A DNA stretch of 64,000 bases from contig JBBIGR010000001.1 of assembly GCA_037447435.1 (NCBI GenBank), positions 192,001 to 256,000 of the forward strand. The letters are read 5' to 3'. The DNA is from Fibrobacteria bacterium (GTDB lineage Bacteria > Fibrobacterota > Chitinivibrionia > Chitinivibrionales > FEN-1185). The position numbers and the translations under genes are program-made. Shown here in pieces: positions 18,700-28,172 of this stretch; the stretch's first letter is position 1; every line of letters begins with the position of its first letter. The notes under the pieces are model-generated. The model did not search any database. It was not told the origin of the DNA and worked only from the letters and a program-made list of their open reading frames with translations.

Positions 18700-20997
18700 T
18701 TACTTTACATTGATCTGCATTTTCCTCTGCACGATGCCATTCTTGTCTGTAATTGCAACAATGCACATGTTCCGGCTGATCCGGTTGGTCTTAAAGAATG
18801 AGGTTAAATCGTTCCTGTATCCGCCCCTGGTTGATACTATTTTACCGATCAGTTTCCCTGAAAGGGTAAATACCTTTACGTTCAGGACCTCATGGTTAAT
18901 CAAATATGAAGCAGAAGAAAAGTAGGCGGTTTTTGTAGTCGGGTTGATTTTGCAATTGACGGTCACCGTGTCGTTTTGATAATCATTCGGGTTAAACGAC
19001 GCATTGCCCAGTGCAGAATCGGCCGAATACATATTTCTTGATACCTTGATTCTTGCAAAAACCTTATTCACGCCATAATTATTGAATGCTTTGTACACAT
19101 ATGTTCCTGCCGAACTTGTCGTGCAGCTTACTTCAACCTGATAAACACCTTTAGCGGAACCCAAACTGATTTTGACAATTGCAGAATCAAGCGGTCTTTC
19201 GGCATTATTCAGCGAATCCCGAATGATTTTTCCCCGGATAATAAGCGTATCTCCGGATGAGGGAGGCCTATTCAAATTGACTGTCATAAGCATCGTATCT
19301 TTTTTCCCATCCTGAACTGCCAAAAAGGTTGTATCCTGCCGCTTGGTGGTAATTGCATAATCTGGCGCAGATGCTATGACTTGGCAATAGATATGGCTAA
19401 TTTTATCGAAATTTGCCATGGTATATTGCAGTATGCCTGTAATGGAATCGGTGGTATCTATTGTTTTCGTGACTACATGATAATTGGCTGTATTCGTGTC
19501 CACCATGCTCAGAGCGATTTGGGCGAGCGCTTTTTTCATAACGGAAGTGCCGTCGGAATTTTTTATCATGGCCCGGACGACAATAGTATCACCCGGCAAA
19601 TCCGTGTGCATAAGGCTCACTTTAACGGCAGCGGTATCGCTGACTCCATCCCTCGGTTTCGCGATGATCGTGTCTTTTTTGAGCGTTGAACTTATATAAT
19701 CCGTTGCAGTAGCAACGACTTTAACGGCAACCGTTCCCCATTTACCGAGATTTAAAAAACTGATTTTAAAGGCACCATTGGTGTCTGTTGTGGTAGTGGT
19801 TGCGCTGCCAATTGTGAAGTCATCTTGACCAATAGAAACAGCCACATGCGCACCGGCAAGCATTTTCGAGCTTCCGGCCGAATCAACCGTGCCGCGGACA
19901 ATGATGGAGTCGCCAGGAATGAGCGATGTATCTTTAACCATGACAAGGTTCATTGGAATGATGTCGTTTTTTCCATCAGCAGGTGCGGCAATGGTCGTAT
20001 CTTTGCTTCTGGTAATGGACAAATAGGTTGAAAGCGATACTTCGGCTTTATAATACACATGTGCCGTTTTTCCGCTATTGGGTATTTTTGCCTCGTAATT
20101 TCCATTATTGTCGGACAATACAGACTTGGAACTGGGATATGAAACACCATCTTTACCAACAGATATTTTAACTGTGGCGTTTGATAGCGCTGTGCCTCCC
20201 GCCGAATCCTTGACCGTACCTTGGACCAAAAGCGTGTCGATAGTGTCCGGAACAATCGTTCCGGCTTTCATACCCAGTCTTGCTTTGATCGTATCGCAAT
20301 TTCCATCCCATAAAATCCCTTTTGAGGAAATTACCGTATCAACACCGGTATATCCATTTTTAGATACCGATATCAGTGCCTTGTTATAAAGCCCGCTGTT
20401 GCAAAAAGCAGGAGCAATAAAGGATCCATCACTCGAAGTATTAATGATCCCTGGAATGGAAACAGTATCAGCAGGGGAATAATTGCCGATAAAAGTTATT
20501 TTGACATTTGCGCCATCTACACCTGTTGCACCCGATGTTGTGTCCGGGGTCGTGATTTTTCCAAATGTTTTTATTGAATCTATAGAAACATTATCCGTCA
20601 ATATACCCACATACGAAGGGTCTGCGTCCAAACTGTAGGAAACAAGCGTATCAGTACCCAGACTAAAATCAATATACGAAGAATTTTCCATTGAAGTTCC
20701 GATACCAGGAGTTACTTCTATCTGCGAATGCAAATGTTTGCTTTGTACTCCATGAAATGTTATGCTGAACATTCCTGTTGCGTTGGAATAGCCGATTTTC
20801 TTGAACCACAATTGCCCGTCAATCGGATCATGCATCGTGTCGGATTGATTTGCTCCCTGGATTGTTATTTGTACCGGTAGGTTTTTGATAGCCTTGCTTC
20901 CAAATTTTGCGCCGCCAAAAAAAGTAACGGTGGCGGATTGAGCGATTCCGACAACAAAAATAATAATAACACAGAATGCAAATAATTTGCGGTACAT
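18700..20997 (-). CDS. Large secreted protein with tandem prealbumin/carboxypeptidase-regulatory-like beta-sandwich repeats and T9SS-like tail
   Basis: Signal peptide; repeats of about 110 aa starting DT/DS-hhVxG and ending DG..DT; tail VKVFTLSGKLIGKI; GGAGGA RBS before ATG 20997. Confidence 0.7.
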   Translation of the reverse strand: MYRKLFAFCVIIIFVVGIAQSATVTFFGGAKFGSKAIKNLPVQITIQGANQSDTMHDPIDGQLWFKKIGYSNATGMFSITFHGVQSKHLHSQIEVTPGIGTSMENSSYIDFSLGTDTLVSYSLDADPSYVGILTDNVSIDSIKTFGKITTPDTTSGATGVDGANVKITFIGNYSPADTVSIPGIINTSSDGSFIAPAFCNSGLYNKALISVSKNGYTGVDTVISSKGILWDGNCDTIKARLGMKAGTIVPDTIDTLLVQGTVKDSAGGTALSNATVKISVGKDGVSYPSSKSVLSDNNGNYEAKIPNSGKTAHVYYKAEVSLSTYLSITRSKDTTIAAPADGKNDIIPMNLVMVKDTSLIPGDSIIVRGTVDSAGSSKMLAGAHVAVSIGQDDFTIGSATTTTTDTNGAFKISFLNLGKWGTVAVKVVATATDYISSTLKKDTIIAKPRDGVSDTAAVKVSLMHTDLPGDTIVVRAMIKNSDGTSVMKKALAQIALSMVDTNTANYHVVTKTIDTTDSITGILQYTMANFDKISHIYCQVIASAPDYAITTKRQDTTFLAVQDGKKDTMLMTVNLNRPPSSGDTLIIRGKIIRDSLNNAERPLDSAIVKISLGSAKGVYQVEVSCTTSSAGTYVYKAFNNYGVNKVFARIKVSRNMYSADSALGNASFNPNDYQNDTVTVNCKINPTTKTAYFSSASYLINHEVLNVKVFTLSGKLIGKIVSTRGGYRNDLTSFFKTNRISRNMCIVAITDKNGIVQRKMQINVK

Positions 20998-21047
20998 TGC
21001 TCCTCCAAAGAAAAGGATTTTATTTTTCACCAATCAATAAAAAAATA

Positions 21048-21473
21048 TCACTTGACACGTTTCCACGGTTCCGGAAAGAAACGGTTTCTGTCGCACTTTG
21101 GATCGTCAACGAGTTTAAAAGTCAAATTATCATTTGAAATTGAAACCAGATACGCACCAGGCAAGGCTTTACCGCAATAAAAATCCGTGACCTGAATCGT
21201 GGAGCCGTCAAGGTTGTATTTTCCCGGATATTTAAGCTTTCCTTCTTCAAAAGAAAGTACATAAGTCCCATCGGAATTTATTGTTAAGACAGGTTTTTCC
21301 TTTACTCGGACAGTGTTTGCCCAAGTCCCGACCAAACTTGCCGTTTTGTCCTTTTTATTGGGTTCCTTTTCATTGCATGCGAAAATTCCGAGAAGAAATA
21401 CTACAGCTATTGCACAACCTATTCCCGTTTGCAAAATAGCACGTTTTAACTTGCCATCACAAAGGCTATTCAT
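21048..21473 (-). CDS. Small lipoprotein, lipocalin-like beta-barrel
   Basis: Lipobox IFAC; LVGTW...LTINSDGTY; ATGA overlap with upstream gene. Confidence 0.65.
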   Translation of the reverse strand: MNSLCDGKLKRAILQTGIGCAIAVVFLLGIFACNEKEPNKKDKTASLVGTWANTVRVKEKPVLTINSDGTYVLSFEEGKLKYPGKYNLDGSTIQVTDFYCGKALPGAYLVSISNDNLTFKLVDDPKCDRNRFFPEPWKRVK

Positions 21474-22018
21474 GAGAAAAATTTCCTCCATTTTTTAAAT
21501 TTCCTGAAACTACCGGGGAGTAGGAGTGGAACGAGAAAAGCGAGTCCTGCACCTTTTCCGCATCCGGATTTTGAAGCGGTTTGAACCGGAACGGGTTTGG
21601 TCGAAGCTGGTTTGATGCTGAGCATTCCGGTTATCGCATAAGGACTGCCGGCATAATCCTTGACCTTAAACCTAACGCTGTCCGAAATTGACGACACATT
21701 TGTCGTTCCGGTTTTGGGTTTGATGGAATCGGGAATAACCACTGGAACATGACCCCAAGTGGAATCGTGGGGATAAATCGTATTTATATTAAGTTCGGCT
21801 TTCATTGCCGGATGCAAATCTCCAAATGATTTACCGTTATTGACGGAAACGGATATAAGAATGCCGTTGCTTGCGTCGAGATACGTTTGATTCGCAACGT
21901 AGTCGACAAACAACGTGTCGCCGACGTAAAGAACGTCGCCGGCTTTCGGGTTTGTTATGGTAAGCGAATCCCCGAAAGCCATTCCCGCCATCACAAGAGC
22001 GAAAATAAAAAAACGCAT
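21470..22018 (-). CDS. Exported protein with Cys-containing C-terminal sorting-like signal
   Basis: Signal peptide; ITNPKAGDVLYVGDT Ig-like start; tail SGCGKGAGLAFLVPLLLPGSFRKFKKWRK. Confidence 0.65.
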   Translation of the reverse strand: MRFFIFALVMAGMAFGDSLTITNPKAGDVLYVGDTLFVDYVANQTYLDASNGILISVSVNNGKSFGDLHPAMKAELNINTIYPHDSTWGHVPVVIPDSIKPKTGTTNVSSISDSVRFKVKDYAGSPYAITGMLSIKPASTKPVPVQTASKSGCGKGAGLAFLVPLLLPGSFRKFKKWRKFFS

Positions 22019-22211
22019 GTTAGGCCTTTCTTCTTATTGTACAAATGATACGGATGTTTAAAATGGAAGATCGACAAAGCTGCTGTTACGGCTTTTATGA
22101 TATTGCAATGGTAAAAAATAGCCGCGAAATATTTGAAGGCAGTTTTAAGTTTGTAAGAAAACTGTTTTGGACAAAAAAATCAACTCATTGATTCGGATCG
22201 GCTTGAAGGAA

Positions 22212-22278
22212 ATTTAAAACCCCGATCATCTCTCGTTATGACCGGGGCTTTCTCTGAAGCAGAAGGAAATTTCTTATC
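22212..22278 (-). ncRNA. Candidate ~65-nt sRNA or attenuated leader
   Basis: Lies between a near-consensus sigma70 promoter and a 14-bp terminator stem (22216-22251) that pairs fully only on the minus strand, via G-U pairs. Confidence 0.5.
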
Positions 22279-22284
22279 AAATTA

Positions 22285-22313
22285 ATTATACGGAATACGC
22301 TTTGGTATTTCAA
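22285..22313 (-). promoter_or_regulatory. sigma70-type promoter TTGAAA-N17-TATAAT
   Basis: -35 at 22313-22308, -10 at 22290-22285, exact 17-nt spacer. Confidence 0.65.
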
Positions 22314-22335
22314 GTATTGCTTTTATTTCGTAATT

Positions 22336-22458
22336 GAACCCCCCTGCAATGTCGACAACGTTTAGAGGACCCCGGAGTGCCGCGACTACACTAGTATAAA
22401 ATACAACCGGAGGGGTCGCGCAAGCGAATCCCCGAGCTATACACTCGCTCTCGATTCA
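22336..22458. ncRNA. Candidate structured RNA (unassigned family)
   Basis: GC-rich island in an AT-rich spacer with multiple stems: GACCCC/GGGGTC, AGTG/CACT, TCGC-gcaa-GCGA, GAATC/GATTC, CGAG/CTCG. Confidence 0.4.
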
Positions 22459-22608
22459 ACAACAATTTTCTAACCTGATTTGTATTGTAAAAAAATATTA
22501 AGCCTCTATTTTATTGGCGTGTTTTTAAAACACCTATTCTGTTTTTCATTTGTGGATGTTTCATTTTAAAAAATTTTTGTTTAACTTTCACCTAAGGGAA
22601 ATATCGCC

Positions 22609-23655
22609 ATGAAAAAAGCCCTTGTTTGCGGTGCCGGCGGATTCATAGGAAGTCATCTTGTAAAACGTTTGAAATCGGAAGGGTTTTGGGTTCGCGGCGT
22701 CGATATAAAAATGCCGGAATTCGAAACATCGGCAGCCGATCAATTCATCCGGGCCGACCTTCGTGATGCGGGTTTCTGTGCGGAGGTATGCGACACTGAT
22801 TTCGCCGAAGTGTATCAATTGGCCGCGGACATGGGCGGCGCCGGTTATATATTTACAAAAGAGCATGATGCGGACGTGATGCATAATTCGGTCACGATCA
22901 ATTGCAACATCCTCAAGGCCGCCGTTAGCGCAAATGTCAAAAAGTTGTTTTTTTCCTCTTCCGCTTGCATTTATCCCGAACGGAACCAGCTTGACCCTCT
23001 AAACCCCGATTGTTCGGAGGCTTCGGCATATCCCGCGGAACCAGACAGCGAATACGGATGGGAAAAATTATTCTCGGAACGCTTATACCTGTCGTTTCAG
23101 CGCAATTACGGAATTCCGGTGCGTATCGCGAGATTCCACAATGTTTTCGGGCCCCAGGGTTCCTGGAACAATGGAAAGGAAAAAGCGCCTGCAGCTTTAT
23201 GCAGGAAAATCGCACTCGCCCCGGATAACGGCGAAATAGAAATTTGGGGTGACGGGAAACAAACCAGATCCTTCCTTTACATAGACGAATGTTTGGACGG
23301 GGTCCGCAAATTTATGGACAGCACCTTTTCCGGCCCGCTTAATATAGGATCGGAAGAAATGGTTTCCATTGACAATTTGGCATATGCAATTATGAATATC
23401 GCCAAAAAGGACCTTGGCATCCGTCATATTCCGGGTCCGTTGGGCGTTGCCGGACGAAGATCGGACAATAAACTTATTCGTGAAAAACTCGATTGGGCCC
23501 CTTCGCTACCGCTTTCGTATGGTCTTTGCAAAACGTATTCTTGGATTTACGAACAAGTCGGCAACGGTGTAAAAGAAGCGCTAGTTTTCGCTAACGACAG
23601 CAAAACATTTGATTCACTTGAAGCCATTTCGGGGACATTCGCTTCAATAAGGTAA
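22609..23655 (+). CDS. NAD-dependent nucleotide-sugar epimerase, GDP-mannose 3,5-epimerase-like
   Basis: GAGGFIGSH, LAADMGGAGYI, SSACIYP, YGWEK, EKAPAALCRK, WGDGKQTRSF. Confidence 0.88.
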   Translation: MKKALVCGAGGFIGSHLVKRLKSEGFWVRGVDIKMPEFETSAADQFIRADLRDAGFCAEVCDTDFAEVYQLAADMGGAGYIFTKEHDADVMHNSVTINCNILKAAVSANVKKLFFSSSACIYPERNQLDPLNPDCSEASAYPAEPDSEYGWEKLFSERLYLSFQRNYGIPVRIARFHNVFGPQGSWNNGKEKAPAALCRKIALAPDNGEIEIWGDGKQTRSFLYIDECLDGVRKFMDSTFSGPLNIGSEEMVSIDNLAYAIMNIAKKDLGIRHIPGPLGVAGRRSDNKLIREKLDWAPSLPLSYGLCKTYSWIYEQVGNGVKEALVFANDSKTFDSLEAISGTFASIR

Positions 23656-23765
23656 TTGCATTCAATTTCCTTGCAATCACCCATTTTTAGCAAAACCCTT
23701 AACTTTTCCTAACAATTGCCGGCTATTTTTAGAAAAGGAAATAAACCCCTCAAAAAGGAGGAACT

Positions 23766-24152
23766 ATGTTGCATATTGAAAGTGAGTTTTCTGAAATTAA
23801 AATTGTTCCCTCCGGTTTGAATCCCATGCTCGGGCATATCCGGGGAAAAGTAACCGATATAGACGGCAAGGGTTTGAAGCACAGCAGAATATGGATAAGG
23901 GAAACCGGACGAAGTACCTATACGGACAATTACGGCAATTTCGTCCTCATCAATGTTGTTCCGGCAATTTATACTCTTATTGCCGAAAACGAAGGATATA
24001 CGCAGGCGGTTTTAACCGATATTTCCGTTGAAAGCGGGGATAATCCGGGTAACCGTTTTATCATGCATCCTAAATACAGCAAACCGAAAAGCGACCCCTA
24101 CCGAGCATACGCGTTGCGGTTTGCGCAGGTTGTACCCTTTGCGACATTATAA
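23766..24152 (+). CDS. Stand-alone carboxypeptidase-regulatory-like domain protein
   Basis: GHIRGKVTD..GKGL...TDNYGNF...V.P..YTL; AAGGAGG RBS. Confidence 0.7.
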   Translation: MLHIESEFSEIKIVPSGLNPMLGHIRGKVTDIDGKGLKHSRIWIRETGRSTYTDNYGNFVLINVVPAIYTLIAENEGYTQAVLTDISVESGDNPGNRFIMHPKYSKPKSDPYRAYALRFAQVVPFATL

Positions 24153-24770
24153 AAAAGCCTTACTGACAACTACGATAGCCGCAACGATCAGGGCAGTGCC
24201 GGCGATTCTGTTTACTATTACTATTAGAGCGGGTTTAAAATAAACTTTGACCCTGCTGAATATGAAGCATTTTGTCGTATCGAATGTTAACGCGCAGGAA
24301 AAAAGGCCGATAAAAAAAATAAAAAACGGTTGTGTGCGCATACAGAAATTGACTCCGGCTATTCCCACAACGGTCATCCAAAAAACATAAACAAAAGGAT
24401 TGGATGAATTTATAAGAAAGCCCGAGATAAACCCTCTGAACAATTTCGGTTGTTGTTCCATAGTCCCTATTCCGTTCATCGGTACGGTTACCGCCGGTTT
24501 TCGTATCCATTGGGTCAAACCAAAGACAAACAGGATAACCGCACAAACGACAGAGGCCCATCGTTGGTTATTGACTTTTGTAAGAAATTGGGTGCAACCC
24601 AAGACCGTTATTGAAATGATGGCGGTATCGCTTACCCATAATCCTAAAAGTACGGCCATTCCCGCGACAAATCCGCTCCGTACGCATGCCTGAAAGTATA
24701 GCAGTAGCCCCGGTCCGACACTGAGAGTCATGGTAAGTGCGACCAATGAACCGGCAAAAAACGGGTTCAT
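24147..24770 (-). CDS. LysE-family translocator
   Basis: SVGP, G..AG....LG..VSD, GFLINSSNP motifs; ATGA overlap with neuA stop. Confidence 0.8.
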   Translation of the reverse strand: MNPFFAGSLVALTMTLSVGPGLLLYFQACVRSGFVAGMAVLLGLWVSDTAIISITVLGCTQFLTKVNNQRWASVVCAVILFVFGLTQWIRKPAVTVPMNGIGTMEQQPKLFRGFISGFLINSSNPFVYVFWMTVVGIAGVNFCMRTQPFFIFFIGLFSCALTFDTTKCFIFSRVKVYFKPALIVIVNRIAGTALIVAAIVVVSKAFL

Positions 24771-25891
24771 GGGTTCCGTGTTAGCATAATAAGGTCGCAA
24801 ACTTCCCGAACCGCACCATTGCCGCCTTGGGCTTTTGTAATGTAATGGGCGATATTTTTAACCGCAATATTCCCGTCCGGCACGGTCACGGCAACTCCGA
24901 CTTTTTGCATAACGTCAAGATCGTTGATGTCATCGCCGACGTACACCACGTCTTGAAACGAAAGCCCTTCTTTTTCAAGGAATTTTCCGAGCACTTCCAT
25001 TTTATTCCCCGATTTTGCATGAACATGGTCTATCGATAATTTGTATGCGCGTTGATAAACAATATCACTGTTTTCCGATGAAATGAACGCTGTTTTGAGC
25101 CCTGCTTTTTGGACGATCGAAATGCCCATTCCGTCACGAGTGTTAAATTTTTTTAGTTCATCACCGTTTGCGGAATAATACATTCCGCCGTCGGTAAGCA
25201 CGCCGTCGACATCCATGACCATAATTTTTACCTTTGCAAGTTTATTCAAAATGTCGCTTTTCTGGCGGCCTTCCATAAGACGTTGTCGCAAAAGCGCTTC
25301 CGTCATTGTAAACGTTGTCGCATCGTCTATCTCGACATTCAGTTCCGGCTCATTGACTTTTCTGCAAATAGTGTCGCCATACCATTTTCCGGCCTTGATT
25401 ACGTTTTTATTTAAGATATAAACATTGCCGTCATCGTAAAAAAATCCCGGAATGTCTTGCCTGCGCAGATTCCGATGCGTGGCATATTCGATTATCTTGG
25501 TGTAATATCCGGTCGCAAGGGTGTCGTAGTTGCCTTGTAAAAATTCTTTGATGCAATTGTCTATGGTATCATGGTTTCGCAGCGGCGAAGTCGGTTGCAA
25601 GACCACCACTGCATTGCACTCCACTTGTGCGGCAATATGCTGCAAAACGGCAAGAGTTGTCGTATCGTCCTGCGCTAAATCGCATGGCCGTATCATGACG
25701 CGCGCTCCGAAATTCCTGGCACAATCGGCAATGACGGGGTCTTCGGTAGACACCACAAAATCATCGAGAAGTTTCGATTGCTTTGCGGCCTGTATGGTCC
25801 AATAAATCAGCGGAAAACCGGCTATCGGTAAAATATTTTTTCCCGGCAGTCCCTTGCTCCCGCCGCGGGCCAAAATGACGCCAAATATCAT
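24767..25891 (-). CDS. neuA: CMP-nonulosonate synthetase fused to KdsC/YrbI-type HAD phosphatase
   Basis: ARGGSKGLPGKNI, LQPTSPLR, EIDD in the N-terminal domain; DVDGVLTDG, KKFNTRDGMG, GDDIND, GGNGAVRE in the C-terminal domain. Confidence 0.9.
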   Translation of the reverse strand: MIFGVILARGGSKGLPGKNILPIAGFPLIYWTIQAAKQSKLLDDFVVSTEDPVIADCARNFGARVMIRPCDLAQDDTTTLAVLQHIAAQVECNAVVVLQPTSPLRNHDTIDNCIKEFLQGNYDTLATGYYTKIIEYATHRNLRRQDIPGFFYDDGNVYILNKNVIKAGKWYGDTICRKVNEPELNVEIDDATTFTMTEALLRQRLMEGRQKSDILNKLAKVKIMVMDVDGVLTDGGMYYSANGDELKKFNTRDGMGISIVQKAGLKTAFISSENSDIVYQRAYKLSIDHVHAKSGNKMEVLGKFLEKEGLSFQDVVYVGDDINDLDVMQKVGVAVTVPDGNIAVKNIAHYITKAQGGNGAVREVCDLIMLTRNP

Positions 25892-25892
25892 A

Positions 25893-26966
25893 TCACATCC
25901 CCACTATCTTCAAGTAAAGATCCTTTATTTTATCTCTGGTGAGTATTGATTGCCAATTTTTGCCAAGCGCATTTTGCAAGGGTTTCTCCATGATAAGCGT
26001 TATGTCGATCATTTTTTCCAATGTTTTATCGTCAACAATTCCTACAGGATTCCGAGGCAACGTTATTTTATTATTGATCAGCATTTCCCTATAATCGGGA
26101 ATATATTCCGGATAATATTCCTCCAGATGATTAAACACAAGACAATTTGCCAATCCGTGATGGACTCCGAATGCCCAACTCAGCCCATAAGACAATGCGT
26201 GACAAATACCGACTTCGGAATACACAATGGCGTTTCCTCCCATGTACGATGCCATCATGAGATCGGCATCATTACCCTGGAATAAAAAAATGTTGTTACA
26301 AAGTTCCAATGCCTTGGACGCAAATGCTTTTGAAAATTCGTTGAGAAATGTTCCTGCCAGGGATTCGACGCAATGGATGTAACAGTCCATGCCCGTGAAA
26401 AAGCGTTGCTCTCTGGGAACAGTTGCGAGCAGATCGGGGTCGAGTATTACATAGTCGAACAGCGAATAATCGCTGTTGATACCCTGCTTCTTGACCGGCC
26501 CCGTAAGCACTGTTGTCCGCGACACTTCGGATCCGGTGCCGGATACGGTTGGTATTCCTATTTTGTAAATTGGCGGAACCGTGACGAGGTCCCAACCTTG
26601 GTACCTATGTGTTTTTCCCGGATTGGTAAGCATTATAGACAGCGCCTTTGCCGTGTCTAATGTCGAGCCGCCGCCTATTCCGATAATTGCCGAGGGAAGC
26701 GTGTGTTTTTGTTGTAAAACCGTTTCAACATGGATATCGATGGTTTCCGTTTTCGGTTCATTTGTCGTATCTTCAAAAAAGCATATGTCCGTACTTAGGA
26801 TCCGAATTTTATTCAGCAGCGGATTATTTTTGAAAAAATGATCAATGACAAAAACGACATATTTATCATTTAACCTTTTCTCTTCCAAAATATCCGCCAA
26901 GGCAGCTATTGCGCCGGATGAAAAAATCACCTGTGGAACGGGACGAAATATTTTATATTGCACCAT
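25893..26966 (-). CDS. Iron-containing alcohol dehydrogenase family, KdnB (Kdo 8-oxidase)-like
   Basis: GGGSTLD, YQGWDLV, PTVSGTGSEVSRTTVLTGP.KK.GINSD, TGMDCYIHCVESL, VGICHALSYGL; from memory these closely resemble Shewanella KdnB. Confidence 0.75.
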   Translation of the reverse strand: MVQYKIFRPVPQVIFSSGAIAALADILEEKRLNDKYVVFVIDHFFKNNPLLNKIRILSTDICFFEDTTNEPKTETIDIHVETVLQQKHTLPSAIIGIGGGSTLDTAKALSIMLTNPGKTHRYQGWDLVTVPPIYKIGIPTVSGTGSEVSRTTVLTGPVKKQGINSDYSLFDYVILDPDLLATVPREQRFFTGMDCYIHCVESLAGTFLNEFSKAFASKALELCNNIFLFQGNDADLMMASYMGGNAIVYSEVGICHALSYGLSWAFGVHHGLANCLVFNHLEEYYPEYIPDYREMLINNKITLPRNPVGIVDDKTLEKMIDITLIMEKPLQNALGKNWQSILTRDKIKDLYLKIVGM

Positions 26967-26969
26967 ACG

Positions 26970-28172
26970 TCAATTTTCCTGCAACTTGTTTAATGCCTCA
27001 TCCGCCGACGATATGAGATAATCGATGTCGTCGTCGGATAAATCCGTGCCAAAAGGAAAGGAAATCATGGAATCGAAGAACGCATTCGATTCCGGGCATG
27101 TTCCCGTATCGAAATAGCCGTTTTTTTGAAACAACTCGTACCGATAGAGCGGACAGTATTGTACCGCACATTTTATTCCATATTCATTGTAAAGCATGTC
27201 GATGAGATCGTCCCTTGTCTTTCCTGAATTACTCGTGCAAAACCGAGCCGGAAGCAAATGCATGGCTGAAACCGAATTCTGAGACTGCGCTTGGAATCGG
27301 AGTTCGCCATGACTACTAAGCCCTGAAACGATTTTTTCAAACGAAGCCCTTCTTTTTTCATTTATCTTATCGAGCCTTTCCAATAAAATCGTGCCCGCTT
27401 TTGCCTGAATTTCGCCAAGAGCAAAATTATACGGTATCAGTCCCGGAGCAGCTTCCACGATATTGCTCATTGCCGGCTGCCAATATTTTTGTTGATTGAC
27501 AAAAGGCCTTTGGCCTATTTTACGGAGTCCAAGAATCGTCTCGGCGTAATTGTCATTATTGGTAACGATCATTCCGCCTTCGCCGAGAGTGGTTATATTT
27601 TTTTGACCATGAAAACTGAAACAGCCGAAATCGCCGAACGTACCGACCTTTTTTCCCTGCCAATTTGCACCGGGAGCCTGGGCGCAGTCTTCGATAATTA
27701 TCAGACCGTGTTCCAAGGACATTTTCATCAGCTCATCCATTTGCACCGGTAAACCGTACAAGTGGACAACAACAATGGCCTTGGTTCTTGGTGTGATTTT
27801 TTTCCTTATATCGGAAATATCCATGACAAAGGTTTTAGGATCTATGTCTGCAAAAACGATTTTTGCCTTAAGCCGTAAAAACGGAAGCGCACTTGCGGTA
27901 AACGTATGCGCGGGTACAATGACTTCGTCGCCCTGTACAACACCGCTCAGCATTGTCGCAATTTCCAGCGCGCTGGAAGCATTGCTGACGCCGAAAGCGT
28001 GTTTAACCGACAAATATTTAGAAAAATCATTTTCAAATTCCTGCAGATAAGGCCCCATCGACAGTGTCTGCGCCTCCTGCAACGCGACATTCAATCGAGA
28101 AATTTCATCACTGGTCAATTTGGTTTGGATTCTTGGAAAATCGAGTTTTATTTTTACGCTCACGTCAATCAC
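26970..28172 (-). CDS. DegT/DnrJ/EryC1/StrS PLP-dependent sugar aminotransferase
   Basis: GDEVIVPAHTF, VHLYG, EDCAQA, FSFHGQKNITTLGEGG (PLP Lys). Confidence 0.9.
   Translation of the reverse strand: MIDVSVKIKLDFPRIQTKLTSDEISRLNVALQEAQTLSMGPYLQEFENDFSKYLSVKHAFGVSNASSALEIATMLSGVVQGDEVIVPAHTFTASALPFLRLKAKIVFADIDPKTFVMDISDIRKKITPRTKAIVVVHLYGLPVQMDELMKMSLEHGLIIIEDCAQAPGANWQGKKVGTFGDFGCFSFHGQKNITTLGEGGMIVTNNDNYAETILGLRKIGQRPFVNQQKYWQPAMSNIVEAAPGLIPYNFALGEIQAKAGTILLERLDKINEKRRASFEKIVSGLSSHGELRFQAQSQNSVSAMHLLPARFCTSNSGKTRDDLIDMLYNEYGIKCAVQYCPLYRYELFQKNGYFDTGTCPESNAFFDSMISFPFGTDLSDDDIDYLISSADEALNKLQEN

Noticed and set aside
22205..22272. MITE with 11-bp target-site duplication
   Set aside because: The inverted repeat does not reach the right-hand direct repeat. 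Strand-specific G-U pairing and the upstream promoter fit a transcript better.
22336..22458. 6S RNA, c-di-AMP riboswitch or lysine riboswitch
   Set aside because: It is too short, lacks 5'/3' terminal pairing for 6S, and lacks the riboswitch consensus blocks. Kept only as an unassigned candidate.
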